Positions 1-9,610 of a DNA stretch of 64,000 nucleotides are shown in pieces. Numbering within the stretch: position 1 is the first letter of the stretch; every line of letters begins with the position of its first letter. Source of the stretch: Alphaproteobacteria bacterium (GTDB lineage: Bacteria > Pseudomonadota > Alphaproteobacteria > SP197); assembly GCA_964291265.2 (NCBI GenBank), contig OZ219747.1, positions 1,472,001 through 1,536,000 of the forward strand, given 5' to 3'. Both the position numbers and the translations under genes were made by a program. The notes beneath the pieces were generated by a model, which made no database searches, was not told the DNA's origin, and was given only the letters and a program-made list of their open reading frames with translations.

Positions 1-164
1 CGATGGAGGAAGAAGTGCGCATCATCCTGCGCGAGGCTGTCGAGCTCAGGGAGTCCCCGAGGAATCTCGCAAGCGTCCTTCGCGCCCGCATGGCACCTCT
101 CGGCGGCGTGGATCTTGAACTGCCGCCGCGCGGGCCGATGCGCGAACCGCCCACCTTCGATTGA
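1..164 (+). CDS. FitA/StbC-like ribbon-helix-helix antitoxin, 3' part (5' end outside window)
   Basis: Frame from nt 3 reads MEEEVRIILREAV...LGGVDLELPPRGPMREPPTFD*, typical of plasmid-stability antitoxins; sits directly upstream of a PIN toxin. Confidence 0.75.
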   Translation, partial: MEEEVRIILREAVELRESPRNLASVLRARMAPLGGVDLELPPRGPMREPPTFD

Positions 165-174
165 GCGTGGCGCG

Positions 175-596
175 ATGACCATCCTGCTGAACACGAATGT
201 GGTATCCGAACTGTTGCGCCGGTCTCCCGATCCGATCGTCGAGGCCTGGGTGGGAGACCGCTCTGCAACGGGCCTGTATTTCTCGGCGGTCGGCGAAGCG
301 GAACTCTGGTACGGCGTTGCGATCCTCCCGGCCGGCCGGCGTCAGGCGGCGCTTGCCTCTGTCATCGAGACGATCCTGCGGGAAGATTTCGAGGGCCGCA
401 TCCTTTCGACAGTGCGGCAGTGCGGGACTATGCGGACATCGCGGCGTGTCGGCGTTCCACCGGATGTCCGATCGGCCCGGCGGACTGCCAGATCGCCGCC
501 ATCGCCCGCTCGCACGGCATGGCGGCGGCGACCCGCAATGTCCGGGACTTCGATGATACCGGCATCGATGTCGTCGACCCCTGGACGGCGGCATGA
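175..596 (+). pseudogene. VapC/FitB-like PIN-domain toxin, frameshifted
   Basis: MTILLNTNVVSELLR...EAELWYGV...FEGRIL, then a frame change near 405 to FDSAAVRDYADI...DCQIAAIARSHG..ATRNVRDFDDTGIDVVDPW*. The first catalytic Asp of LDTNV is Asn. Confidence 0.85.
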
Positions 597-1290
597 GCGG
601 CACGACGGAAGCCTTCGGCGCGCGTGAAGATCGACAGGCTGCTTGAGAACGCCGGTTGGATCCTGACGGACGGTTCGAGCATCCTGTTCGAACATGCGCT
701 GCCCGACGGCACGCAGGCCGACTACGTGCTCTGCGACCGGCAGGGTCGGCCCATGGCAGCGCTGGAGGCGAAGCGTGCGAGTATCGATCCCATTGCGGCG
801 CAGGACCATGGTCGGCACTATGCCGGACAACTCGGCCTGCCTTTCGTGTTCCTCTCGAACGGCGAGGAAGTACGGTACCTCGACCGCGAGACCGACGCCC
901 ACGCGCGCAAGGTTGCCGGGCCGCGTGGACCTGCTCCTCGGAAGCGGTGTCACCGACGCCCACGCGCGCAAGGTTGCCGGCCTCTCGACACAACTCCGCG
1001 CCAAGGGGCGCGCCCGACGCCTACGCGCGCAAGGTGGCCGGCTTCAATGCCCGGGACGACCTCGAACGGCGCATTGCGGAGCTCCGGAGTCGCCGCGACC
1101 TGTCGGCGGTCGCCGTCGACCACAGGATCGTCGACCGGCCCTGCCAGATCGGATGCCTCGAGGCCTTGTCCGCCGAAGTCTCGCGCGGGCGGCGCTCAGC
1201 TGCTGGTCGAGATGACGATGGGCACCGGCAAGGCGCGCACGGCGGCGGCCTTCATCAAGCGGCTGTTCGAGGCGGGCATCGTCATCCGTG
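593..1290 (+). pseudogene. hsdR: Type I restriction endonuclease subunit R (EcoEI/EcoAI-like), N-terminal remnant
   Basis: KIDRLLENAGW, ADYVL..EAKR nuclease motif, FLSNGEE, then LVEMTMGTGKARTA (degenerate helicase motif I). Several frameshifts, a 122-bp repeat-spacer insertion, and truncation near 1290. Confidence 0.85.
891..1041. repeat. CRISPR-like mini array: three 29-bp direct repeats separated by two unique 32-bp spacers
   Basis: ACCGACGCCCACGCGCGCAAGGTTGCCGG at 891-919 and 952-980 (identical) and 1013-1041 (3 mismatches). Spacers 920-951 and 981-1012; period 61 bp. Confidence 0.9.
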
Positions 1291-1569
1291 TGGGGATGTT
1301 GAAAGGTCCGATGACCTGGACGATGCCGCCGTCAGTCTGCTCTCTGGCGATCGCCGGATTGACTGGACAGGGAGTCGAGGAAGGAGTCATGCTTGGTGAA
1401 GGAGGCAGTTCCGCCTCCCTGTCGGCACGGTGGCCGATGTGGGCGAGGGGAAGTCTCTTCGAGGGGCGACGTTCCTGTCGAACCGGAAACGATGACGCTC
1501 GAACCGGCGGTCGGGGCGTCTGAGCGGTGTCACCCGCTGACCGCGTCGGGAAAGGAGATGAAGCAGGCG

Positions 1570-1938
1570 ATGACGATCTCCATCTGGCACAATCCGCGCT
1601 GCAGCAAGTCGCGGCGCGCGCTGGAGATCCTGAAGGATCTCGGCCTCGAACCCAGGGTCGTGGAGTACCTGAAGACACCGCCGCAGCCGGAGGAGCTGCG
1701 CGACGTGCTCCGTCGGCTCGCCATGGGACCACGCGACCTGATGCGGATCCGCGAGGCACCCTGGCGCGACCTCGGACTCGACGACGCGACTCTCTCGGAC
1801 GACGTCCTGATCCGGGCCATGCACGAGCATCCCGTGCTGATCGAGCGCCCTGTCGTGATGGCGGACGACAGGGCGGTTCTCGGACGGCCGCCGGAGAGAG
1901 TCCTCGACCTCGTGGGCGATCAGCGGCCGGCCCGGTGA
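1570..1938 (+). CDS. arsC: Arsenate reductase (glutaredoxin-dependent ArsC family)
   Basis: HNPRCSKSR active-site motif and LIERPVV...GRPPE C-terminus. Confidence 0.9.
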   Translation: MTISIWHNPRCSKSRRALEILKDLGLEPRVVEYLKTPPQPEELRDVLRRLAMGPRDLMRIREAPWRDLGLDDATLSDDVLIRAMHEHPVLIERPVVMADDRAVLGRPPERVLDLVGDQRPAR

Positions 1939-4286
1939 AGGGCCTGCCACACCCTCAACGGGGTTGCCGGCATGTCGAAGTGCGTGATTCCCCGGCTTGA
2001 AAGCGCGTCCAGGACAGCGTTGGTGACAGCCGCGGGCGCGGCGAACGTGCCAACCTCGCCCACCCCCTTGGCACCGAGGGAATTGACCGCCGCGCGGCAG
2101 GCGATGCGTTCGCTGACGAATGACGGGACGCTGTCTGCCCGCGGCATCGCGTAGTCCAGGAAACTGCCGGTCAGTAACTGGCCGCTGGCCGGGTCGTAGC
2201 GGATGGCCTCCATCAGCGCCTGGCCGGCCCCCTGGACGATACCACCGTGAATCTGTCCCTCGACGATCATGGGATTGATCTCGACGCCGACATCGTCCAC
2301 CGCGACATAGCGCTCGAGCGACACCGCACCCGTCGCCGGGTCGATCTCCACTTCGGCGACATGGGCGCCGAACGGCCAGGTGAATCCAGGGGGATCGTAG
2401 AATCCCGTCTCGTCGAGCCCGGGTTCCCGGTCATCCTCGCCGAAACCCGCTGCCAGGTAGGCGGCTCGGGCGATGTCGCCGAAGGCGAGGGAGCGGTCGG
2501 TTCCGACAACGGTGAAGCGACCGTCTTCCAGTTCGATGTCGTCAGCCGACACCTCGAGCATCCATGCGGCAATGGCCTGTGCCTTGGCCGTGACCCTGTC
2601 GCAGGCCAGGGCGATCGCCGGGCCGCAGACGACCGCCGAGCGCGAGGCGAATGTGCCCATGCCCCGCTGCACGCGGCGGGTGTCGCCGAAGACCACCTCG
2701 ATGTTCTCGAAGGGAAGACCGGTGCGCTCGACCACCAGCTGCGCGAAGGCCGTCTCGTGGCCCTGCCCATGGTTGTGGGACCCGACGTAGAGGGTCGCCG
2801 CCCCGGAAGGATGCACCTGGAGGCGCGCACTCTCCCAGTTGCCGACCAGGGCGCCTGACGCCAGGTTGTCGGCCGAGGAGCAGCCGCCGCAGGCGGCCGC
2901 GTGGAGCGCCATGCCGAATCCCCTCAGATCCCCCCGGCGTTTCGCCTCGTCACGACGTGCCTGGAATCCGGCCTGGTCGGCCGCCTCGAGGGCGTGCCGC
3001 AGGAGCCGCGGGGCATCGGCGTCCTGCAGTGTCATGCCGAGTGCCGTGGTGAAGGGCATATGCCGGGGCTCGATCAGGTTGCGGCGGCGCAGGTCCGCAG
3101 CATCGAGTCCGAGTGTGCGCGCCGCGTGATCGATGATGCGCTCGGTCATGTAGACGGCCTCCGAGCGCCCCGCTCCCCGGTAGGCGTCGATGGGCGCCGA
3201 ATGGGTCAGCATGGCACGCACCCTGACGTGGGTCGCCGCGAAGCGGTAGGGACCGGGAATGGAGTAGGTGCAGTAGATGGTCGGTACCGCGTGCGCATGC
3301 TGGCTGACGTAGGCCCCCATGTTGGCCGTGATCTCGATGTCGAGCGCGAGGAACCGGAAGTCCGCATCGAGGGCCATCCTGACCCTGGCGACATGATCGC
3401 GGGCTCCGGTGTCGGCCTGGAAGGCCTCGTTTCTCTCCGAGGTCCAGGCGATGTCGCGTTGCAACCGACGCGCTGCCCAGGCGAGCGCGATGTCCTCCGG
3501 ATAGGAATAGGACTTCATGCCGAATCCGCCGCCGACATCCTCGGCCACGACATCGACCCGTGTTTCCGGCATCGAGAGGGCGGCGGCGATAGCCCGCTGC
3601 AGCTCGTGGGGAAGCTGGTTCGAGACGTGACAGGTCAGCCGGTCGGTGCCTGCGTCGTAGCGAGCGATGGCAAGCCGCGGTTCCATGGGCATGGCCGCGA
3701 TGCGCTGGTTGACGAGGTCGAGGCCCACCCGGTGTGCGGCGCCGGCGAAGGCCCGTGCCACCGCCGAGGCGTCGCCATTGGTCCAGTCAAGACTGATGTT
3801 GGAGGGACAGGCGTCCCACACCGCCGGCGCCCCCGGTGCGGTGGCATCTTCGAGGGTGGCCGCTGCCGGCATGTCATCGTAGTCGATGGCGAGGTTCTCG
3901 GCACCGTCCCGGGCTGCAGTCTCGCTGGTGGCGATCACCATGGCACAGGGTTGGCCGACATAGCGGACCCGTCCGTCAGCCAGCGCATGCATGGCAGGAC
4001 GGAAGGAATCGCTGCCGTCGGAGTTGAGGAGATTCCAGGAAACCGACAGGGGAGCGACGCCGTCGGCCGCCATGTCGGCCGCCGTCAGCACGCCGACGAC
4101 ACCCGGCTGGGCCAGCGCATTGTCTCGATCGGTGATGGTCATTGCGGCATGGGCCAGGGGCGCCCGCACGAAGACGGCGGTGAGAACGTCCGTTGGCGGA
4201 CGATCACCGGTGTAGCGGCCCCGGCCGGTCAGAAACCGCCTGTCTTCCCTGCGCAGACAGGATGCGCCGATCGAATGGCGTGTCAT
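1920..4286 (-). CDS. Xanthine dehydrogenase/CoxL form II-like molybdopterin-binding large subunit
   Basis: RREDRRFLTGRGRY start, VGGGFGMK, AYRGAGR, HGQGHET, GQIHGG, KGVGE motifs; start placed at MTRHSIG. Confidence 0.92.
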   Translation of the reverse strand: MTRHSIGASCLRREDRRFLTGRGRYTGDRPPTDVLTAVFVRAPLAHAAMTITDRDNALAQPGVVGVLTAADMAADGVAPLSVSWNLLNSDGSDSFRPAMHALADGRVRYVGQPCAMVIATSETAARDGAENLAIDYDDMPAAATLEDATAPGAPAVWDACPSNISLDWTNGDASAVARAFAGAAHRVGLDLVNQRIAAMPMEPRLAIARYDAGTDRLTCHVSNQLPHELQRAIAAALSMPETRVDVVAEDVGGGFGMKSYSYPEDIALAWAARRLQRDIAWTSERNEAFQADTGARDHVARVRMALDADFRFLALDIEITANMGAYVSQHAHAVPTIYCTYSIPGPYRFAATHVRVRAMLTHSAPIDAYRGAGRSEAVYMTERIIDHAARTLGLDAADLRRRNLIEPRHMPFTTALGMTLQDADAPRLLRHALEAADQAGFQARRDEAKRRGDLRGFGMALHAAACGGCSSADNLASGALVGNWESARLQVHPSGAATLYVGSHNHGQGHETAFAQLVVERTGLPFENIEVVFGDTRRVQRGMGTFASRSAVVCGPAIALACDRVTAKAQAIAAWMLEVSADDIELEDGRFTVVGTDRSLAFGDIARAAYLAAGFGEDDREPGLDETGFYDPPGFTWPFGAHVAEVEIDPATGAVSLERYVAVDDVGVEINPMIVEGQIHGGIVQGAGQALMEAIRYDPASGQLLTGSFLDYAMPRADSVPSFVSERIACRAAVNSLGAKGVGEVGTFAAPAAVTNAVLDALSSRGITHFDMPATPLRVWQALHRAGR

Positions 4287-4368
4287 GGCCCATCCACATA
4301 GCGCGCCAGGGTGACAAAGAAAACCGAATCGACCTACCCTGGCGTTCAGGGAACAGGAAGCGGGATCC

Positions 4369-4599
4369 ATGACCGCACACGGTTTCATTCTTGGCGGCGG
4401 CACGGTTAAGGACGGCAGCGGACGCCGCGGCTTTCGCGCCGACGTCGTCATCGACGATGACCGGATTGCCGCAGTCGGGAGTCTTTCCGCCAGGACGGCT
4501 GACACCGACATCGATGCCTCCGGCCAGGTGGTGGCCCCCGGGTGCATCGACGACCACACCGGTGGCCGCATCGTTGGCCACGGGAAGAATGGAGGATGA
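4369..4599 (+). pseudogene. N-terminal remnant of an N-acyl-D-amino-acid deacylase/amidohydrolase
   Basis: ILGGGTVKDGSG...ADVVIDDDRIAAVG...IDASGQVVAPGCIDDHT; only 76 aa and the D-x-H-x-H motif is eroded. Confidence 0.75.
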
Positions 4600-4604
4600 C
4601 GACC

Positions 4605-6626
4605 ATGACGCGGGTTGTTTCACGATTTCCGAAACGGGTGGTGAAGCATGACACCGTGTGGATTCCCATGCCGGATGGCGCCAGGCTGGCTGCCACCATA
4701 TGGCTTCCGGAGGACGCCGAGGATCATCCGGTGCCCGCGATCCTGGAGTTCATTCCCTACAGGCGGCGTGATTTCACGGCCGCCGGAGACTCGCTCCACC
4801 ATCCCTGGCTGGCTGGTCACGGTTACGCGGCTGTGCGTTGCGATCTGCGGGGCAACGGCGATTCGGAAGGTCTCTTCGATGACGAGTACTCTCCGCAGGA
4901 GCTCGATGACGGATACCGTGTTCTCGCGTGGCTGGCGGACCAGCCCTGGTGCACCGGTGCTACGGGCATGATGGGAATCAGCTGGGGTGGCTTCAACTGC
5001 CTGCAGGTGGCGGCGCTGAGGCCGCCTTCGCTGAAGGCCGTCTACTCCGTCGCCTCGACCGATGATCGCTATGCCGACGACATCCATTTTATGGGCGGTT
5101 GTCTGCTCAACGACAACCTCAACTGGGGCGCGACCATGACGACCTTCGCCATGCGTCCGCCCGACCCCGCTGTCGTTGGTGCGGACTGGCGCCGCATCTG
5201 GCTCGAACGCCTCGACAATGCGCCGAACCTGGTGGCGAAGTGGCTGCGCCACCAGCGGCGGGATGAGCAGTGGAAGCACGGTTCCGTCATCGAGGACTAC
5301 GACGCCATCGAAGCCGCCGTCTACATGGTCGGCGGCTGGGCCGACGGCTACACCAACGCCATCTTTCGCGTGGCGGCCGGTCTGAGGGCACCGTTCCGGG
5401 GTCTCGTCGGTCCGTGGACCCACGCCTATCCCTGGAAGGCCAGGCCAGGTCCGGAGATCGACGGCCTGAAGGACCTTGTCCGCTGGTGGGACCACTGGCT
5501 CAAGGGTATCGACACCGGCATGATGGGTGAACCGCGCCTGCGTTGCTGGATGCAGGAAACGGTGGCGCCGCAGACTTCCTACGACCATCGTCCGGGCCGT
5601 TGGGTGGCGGCCGACGCCTGGCCGGACCCCGCCATCACCGGCAAGACCTTCCATTTCGCCCGAAACAACCTGGCGGGCCGTCCGGGCCGCCCCGGAACGC
5701 TTGTGTGCGCCTCGGAGGTCCTCGCCGGCATCACGCATGGCGACTGGTGCCCCTACGGCTTCGATGCCGAAATGCCATCCGACCAACGCGAGGAGGATGG
5801 CCGCAGCCTTGCCATCGATACTCCCGTCCTCGGGCGGCGCATGGAGATACTCGGAGCGCCCCTTGTCGATCTGGAACTGTCGTGCAACGCGCCGCAGGCG
5901 CAGCTCTATGTGCGTCTCAACGATGTGGCGCCGAACGGGGCCTCGACGCGTGTGACCTACGGGGTTCTCAACCTCTCGCACCGCAACGGCCACGAGGCGC
6001 CCGAGCCGCTGGAACCAGGCGTCGCGACAAGGGTCCGCGTCCAGCTCAACGACTGCGGCCATGTCTTTCCCCCGGGTCATCGCCTCCGCCTTTCCATCCA
6101 GACGGGTTCGTGGCCGCTGGTGTGGCCGTCGCCGGAGCCGGCGGCGATCACGATCGCCACCGGAGCCAGCACACTCACGCTTCCGGTGAGGCCGAGGCGC
6201 GCGTCCGACAGCAAGCTGCCTTCCCTGGGCCGTGGCGCGACCGCGCGCCAGATTGCGGTGACGACGATGAAGCCCTACCACCGGTCCCGCACCATGGCCC
6301 GCGACTACGTGACCGGCGAGACCCGGATCGACATGGTCAAGGATCGCGGCCATGTCCGGATCGACGAGACCGGCACCGAGTACTCCGGTGGCGGTCACGA
6401 GACCTATGTCATCAGGGACGGCGACCCGCTGTCAGCGCGGGCCCGGGTCGACTACGTCATCACGCTGGCGCGGGGAGCGGACTGGAAGACCCGGCTCGAT
6501 ACCCGTTTCGTCCTCACCGCCACGCGGGAGGCCTTTCTTCTTTCGACTCATGCAGAAGCCCATGACGGCGATGAGCGCATCTGGTCGAGGAGCTGGGAGG
6601 ACGCCATCCCGCGTGTGTGTGTATGA
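4605..6626 (+). CDS. CocE/NonD family hydrolase (X-Pro dipeptidyl-peptidase-like)
   Basis: IPMPDGARLAA, DLRGNGDSEG, GISWGG nucleophile motif, GPWTH and a PepX C-terminal domain; GGAGG RBS at 4591. Confidence 0.92.
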   Translation: MTRVVSRFPKRVVKHDTVWIPMPDGARLAATIWLPEDAEDHPVPAILEFIPYRRRDFTAAGDSLHHPWLAGHGYAAVRCDLRGNGDSEGLFDDEYSPQELDDGYRVLAWLADQPWCTGATGMMGISWGGFNCLQVAALRPPSLKAVYSVASTDDRYADDIHFMGGCLLNDNLNWGATMTTFAMRPPDPAVVGADWRRIWLERLDNAPNLVAKWLRHQRRDEQWKHGSVIEDYDAIEAAVYMVGGWADGYTNAIFRVAAGLRAPFRGLVGPWTHAYPWKARPGPEIDGLKDLVRWWDHWLKGIDTGMMGEPRLRCWMQETVAPQTSYDHRPGRWVAADAWPDPAITGKTFHFARNNLAGRPGRPGTLVCASEVLAGITHGDWCPYGFDAEMPSDQREEDGRSLAIDTPVLGRRMEILGAPLVDLELSCNAPQAQLYVRLNDVAPNGASTRVTYGVLNLSHRNGHEAPEPLEPGVATRVRVQLNDCGHVFPPGHRLRLSIQTGSWPLVWPSPEPAAITIATGASTLTLPVRPRRASDSKLPSLGRGATARQIAVTTMKPYHRSRTMARDYVTGETRIDMVKDRGHVRIDETGTEYSGGGHETYVIRDGDPLSARARVDYVITLARGADWKTRLDTRFVLTATREAFLLSTHAEAHDGDERIWSRSWEDAIPRVCV

Positions 6627-6696
6627 ACTTGACCTGCCCCCGTCGTTGGGGGAATGATCCTTGAAGAATCAGGCGGGGAAGCCCGAGGGAGGATCC

Positions 6697-8280
6697 ATGA
6701 CGTTACCAACCATGACACGCCGCGCCATGCTTCAGGCGACAGCCGGTTCCGCTGCCGCGGCTACTTTCGTTGACGGACTGCTCGATCCAGGTAGCGCTTG
6801 GGCCCAGTCGGGCAGACCACTCAGGCTGCGCTCCAACCGGACCATCCTGTCGACGGACCCCGGCTACATGATCGGTGGCTTCGAGATGGTCCTGCAGTAT
6901 GCCTGCCTTGCCCGTCTGGCCAAGTACACCAACAGCGGTGACACGTGGGACTGGGAGCCGAGCGAGTTCGTCGAATCCCTGGAACAGCCCGATGCGCAGA
7001 CGATCAGCTTCGAGTTGAAGAAGGGAATCATGTGGTACGACGGGAACAGTCACGAGGCGATCGGCGAACTCGATGCCGAGGACGTCAAGTACTCGCTGGA
7101 GCGCATGAAGGTGTCCGAGTGGAAGGACAAGGCGGTGGCTCTCGACCACGTCGAGGTCACCGGCAGCCATTCGGGAATCCTCCATCTCAACCAGCCCTTC
7201 GCGCCCATCTGGCTGACGTGGCTGTGCGACGGGACCGGCGCCATTCTTTCGAAGAAGGCTGTCGAAGCGGCCGGCGGCAAGTACGACGGCATGTTCAGCT
7301 TCTATTGCGGCTACTACCGAGTCTCGGAGTGGTTGCAGAAGCAGAGCTTCACGCTTGAGCCGAACCCGAAGTGGCCCGGCACGCCTCCGGCCATCACCGA
7401 TGTGAAGTTCGTCATCATCGATGACGAGAAGACCGCCGAGATTGCCTTTGAAGCGGGCGAGATCGACATCACCCACGTCGCTGTCGATGCCATCCCGCGT
7501 CTCATGGAATCGCCGCCCGAAGACGGCATCTTGAAGGCCTTCTCGGGCACGCAGTGGTACTGGATGGGGCTCAACACCGAGCACCCGAACCTCCAGGACA
7601 TCCGGGTGCGTCGCGCCATCCAGCACGCGGTCGACGTCGACACCATCCTGGAGGGCGCGTGGGCCAATGCGGGAACCCGGGCCTACGGTGTCGTGCCCCC
7701 GGGCCTCATTGGCCACCGCACCGAGGGCAAGTTCGCCAAGCCCGATCTCGATGCAGCCCGTGCGCTTGTCGCCGAGGCCGGCGCCGAGGGGACCAGGCTC
7801 ACCCTCAAGACCATCAACCTGCAGGACCGCATGGCAGCGGCCACCATCATTCAGGCCAATCTCGCGGATATCGGTCTCGAGGTCGATGTCATTCCGATGG
7901 ATGCCGGGCCCTTCTGGAACCTGGGTCTCGAGGTCGAAGGCGACGAGTGGAAGGATCTCGAACTGTGGATCATGGCCTACCTTGATGCTCCCGATCCCAG
8001 CCAGATGACCCAGTGGTACATCTCGGATCAGGTCGGCGTGTGGAACTGGGAGCGCTGGAGAGACGAGGAGTTCGACCAGCTGTTCCAGGACGGTCTCTCC
8101 GAAACGGACCCGGCGAAGCGCCATGACATGTACGTCCGCATGCAGGAGATCATGGAGGACACGGGCGGTTATGTGTGGCTCATGTTCCCACCCAACGGCG
8201 TCATGTACCGCAAGGGGCTGGAACCCGTCATCACACCCAACGGATACATCTGGCAGACCCAGCACTTCAGCTGGACCTGA
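6697..8280 (+). CDS. ABC transporter substrate-binding protein, family 5 (DppA/OppA-like), Tat signal
   Basis: TRRAMLQ twin-arginine signal; DVKYSLER, DIRVRRAIQHAVD, DPAKR motifs; GGAGG RBS. Confidence 0.9.
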   Translation: MTLPTMTRRAMLQATAGSAAAATFVDGLLDPGSAWAQSGRPLRLRSNRTILSTDPGYMIGGFEMVLQYACLARLAKYTNSGDTWDWEPSEFVESLEQPDAQTISFELKKGIMWYDGNSHEAIGELDAEDVKYSLERMKVSEWKDKAVALDHVEVTGSHSGILHLNQPFAPIWLTWLCDGTGAILSKKAVEAAGGKYDGMFSFYCGYYRVSEWLQKQSFTLEPNPKWPGTPPAITDVKFVIIDDEKTAEIAFEAGEIDITHVAVDAIPRLMESPPEDGILKAFSGTQWYWMGLNTEHPNLQDIRVRRAIQHAVDVDTILEGAWANAGTRAYGVVPPGLIGHRTEGKFAKPDLDAARALVAEAGAEGTRLTLKTINLQDRMAAATIIQANLADIGLEVDVIPMDAGPFWNLGLEVEGDEWKDLELWIMAYLDAPDPSQMTQWYISDQVGVWNWERWRDEEFDQLFQDGLSETDPAKRHDMYVRMQEIMEDTGGYVWLMFPPNGVMYRKGLEPVITPNGYIWQTQHFSWT

Positions 8281-8286
8281 ACCTCT

Positions 8287-8319
8287 GCGCCCTGGCGGCC
8301 GTCCAGGCCGGCAGGGCGC
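8287..8319 (+). terminator. GC-rich hairpin after the SBP gene
   Basis: GCGCCCTG...CAGGGCGC inverted repeat just after the stop codon; weak U tract. Confidence 0.4.
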
Positions 8320-8448
8320 CGCTCTTCCTCGCTGCGCCCTCGGCCTGAGCACGCGGCGCGAATCGCACCCGGCGGTTGAGCGGACAGGTCAGGCCGGAAA
8401 ATTCGATCTCGACGTTCGAATTTTCCTCCTCCGTGCGACCGTTCTTCC

Positions 8449-8730
8449 ATGCGCTACCTTCCTCGTCCCCGAGAACTGGAGAGCGTCAGGGCCGGTTTGC
8501 GGCGCGCGCCCGTCACGGCGCTTCCGGGACCCCGCCAGTGCGACAGGACCACGCTGGCGCGGGACCTCGAGGCCGAGCACTGCTTCGACCTTGAGGAGCC
8601 GGGGAGTCTGGTTCGGCTGGACGAACCGCAGACAGCCCTGGAGGGATTGACCGGCACGGTCGTGATCGACGAGGTGCAGCGCCGGCCGGATGTCTTTCCC
8701 CTGCTCCGTATTCCGGCCTTCAGCGTCTGA
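8449..8730 (+). pseudogene. AAA_14/DUF4143-type ATPase, N-terminal remnant
   Basis: GPRQCDRTT (Walker A GPRQxGKT eroded), VIDEVQRRPDVF Walker B; truncated at 93 aa. Confidence 0.8.
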
Positions 8731-8964
8731 AGCACTCTTCAATCGCAAGTATTCGATCGAGGGGTGACTATGATGAGGATGACGGCGGGCAACCACGCAC
8801 ATATCCCGTGTCTCGCCCGCATTCGCTCTGCGTGACCGAACGCTTACCATTGAGGCGCTTGCGTTTCACGGCCGGCCTGACAAGCACCACCGAAATCCAT
8901 CGCAGACACCGGCGAAAACCGACTGTCAGCCAGAATCGGGACAGCTATCGGCGCCGCTCGACGG

Positions 8965-9386
8965 TCACGCGGCCGCTTCCACGGTAATGACGAGGCGCTT
9001 TCCGAACCGCGCCAGGGCTTCCTCCAGCCGGCCGATCTTGGTGGCGTGGCGGGGGTCGAGCATGCGGCGAACCTCGCTTTCCTGAACGCCCAGGGTCACG
9101 GCGAAGGCTCTGTTTGTCAGGCTCTCTTCGCGAAGGGCTTCGTAGAGCGCCGCCTTGGCAGCGAGCACCGCACCGGCCGGCCCTTCGCCGGGCTCGGCGG
9201 CGGGATGTCATCGCGCCGCGCGATGCGGCCCGCGAGCGCCTCCTCCAAGCAGTCCGCGGCTTCTGCGACCGCCTCGGCGACCGTATCGCCGTCGGTGAAC
9301 GCCTCGTCGAAGTCCGGGAAGGTCACCGAATACCCGCCTTCGCGATCCTCGTGGAGGTCGACGGGATAGCTGTATCGGGCTGCCAT
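8965..9386 (-). pseudogene. hicB: HicB-family antitoxin, frameshifted
   Basis: YPVDLHEDREGGYSVTFPDFDEAFTDGDTVAEA N-domain; the HTH half (LAAKAALY...EVRRMLDPRHATKIGRLEEAL) lies in another frame after ~9172. Confidence 0.85.
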
Positions 9387-9394
9387 GACGAGAA

Positions 9395-9610
9395 CTCCCC
9401 AAAGGTCGTTCGGGTCGATGCCGAGCTGCTTGCACATGCCGCGCAGCGTGCCGGTCTTGAGCGACTTCCTGCGGTCCTTCACCACGGTATGCCGGTCGCC
9501 GCAATACAGGGTCCCGTGACTGCCCTTGCTCCTTGTCCTGTCGAATCGGACCGCGATACCGCTTGTGCGCGCCAGCCTTCTCACCCGCGGCACCTTCGCA
9601 CAAAAATGCG
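9395..9610 (-). pseudogene. hicA: HicA-family toxin, degenerate
   Basis: RSKGSHGTLY...LKTGTLRGMCKQLGI motif; the start is eroded and there is no stop before hicB (reads through in frame). Confidence 0.75.

Noticed and set aside
891-1041. Calling this a canonical functional CRISPR array
   Set aside because: Only two spacers, no cas genes or AT-rich leader in view, weak palindrome, and the repeat is hsdR coding sequence. Reported as a repeat and a hypothesis instead.
1920-4286. Aerobic CO dehydrogenase (coxL form I)
   Set aside because: Lacks the AYRCSFR Cu-binding motif. The 24669-26945 subunit (AYRAPG) lacks it too.
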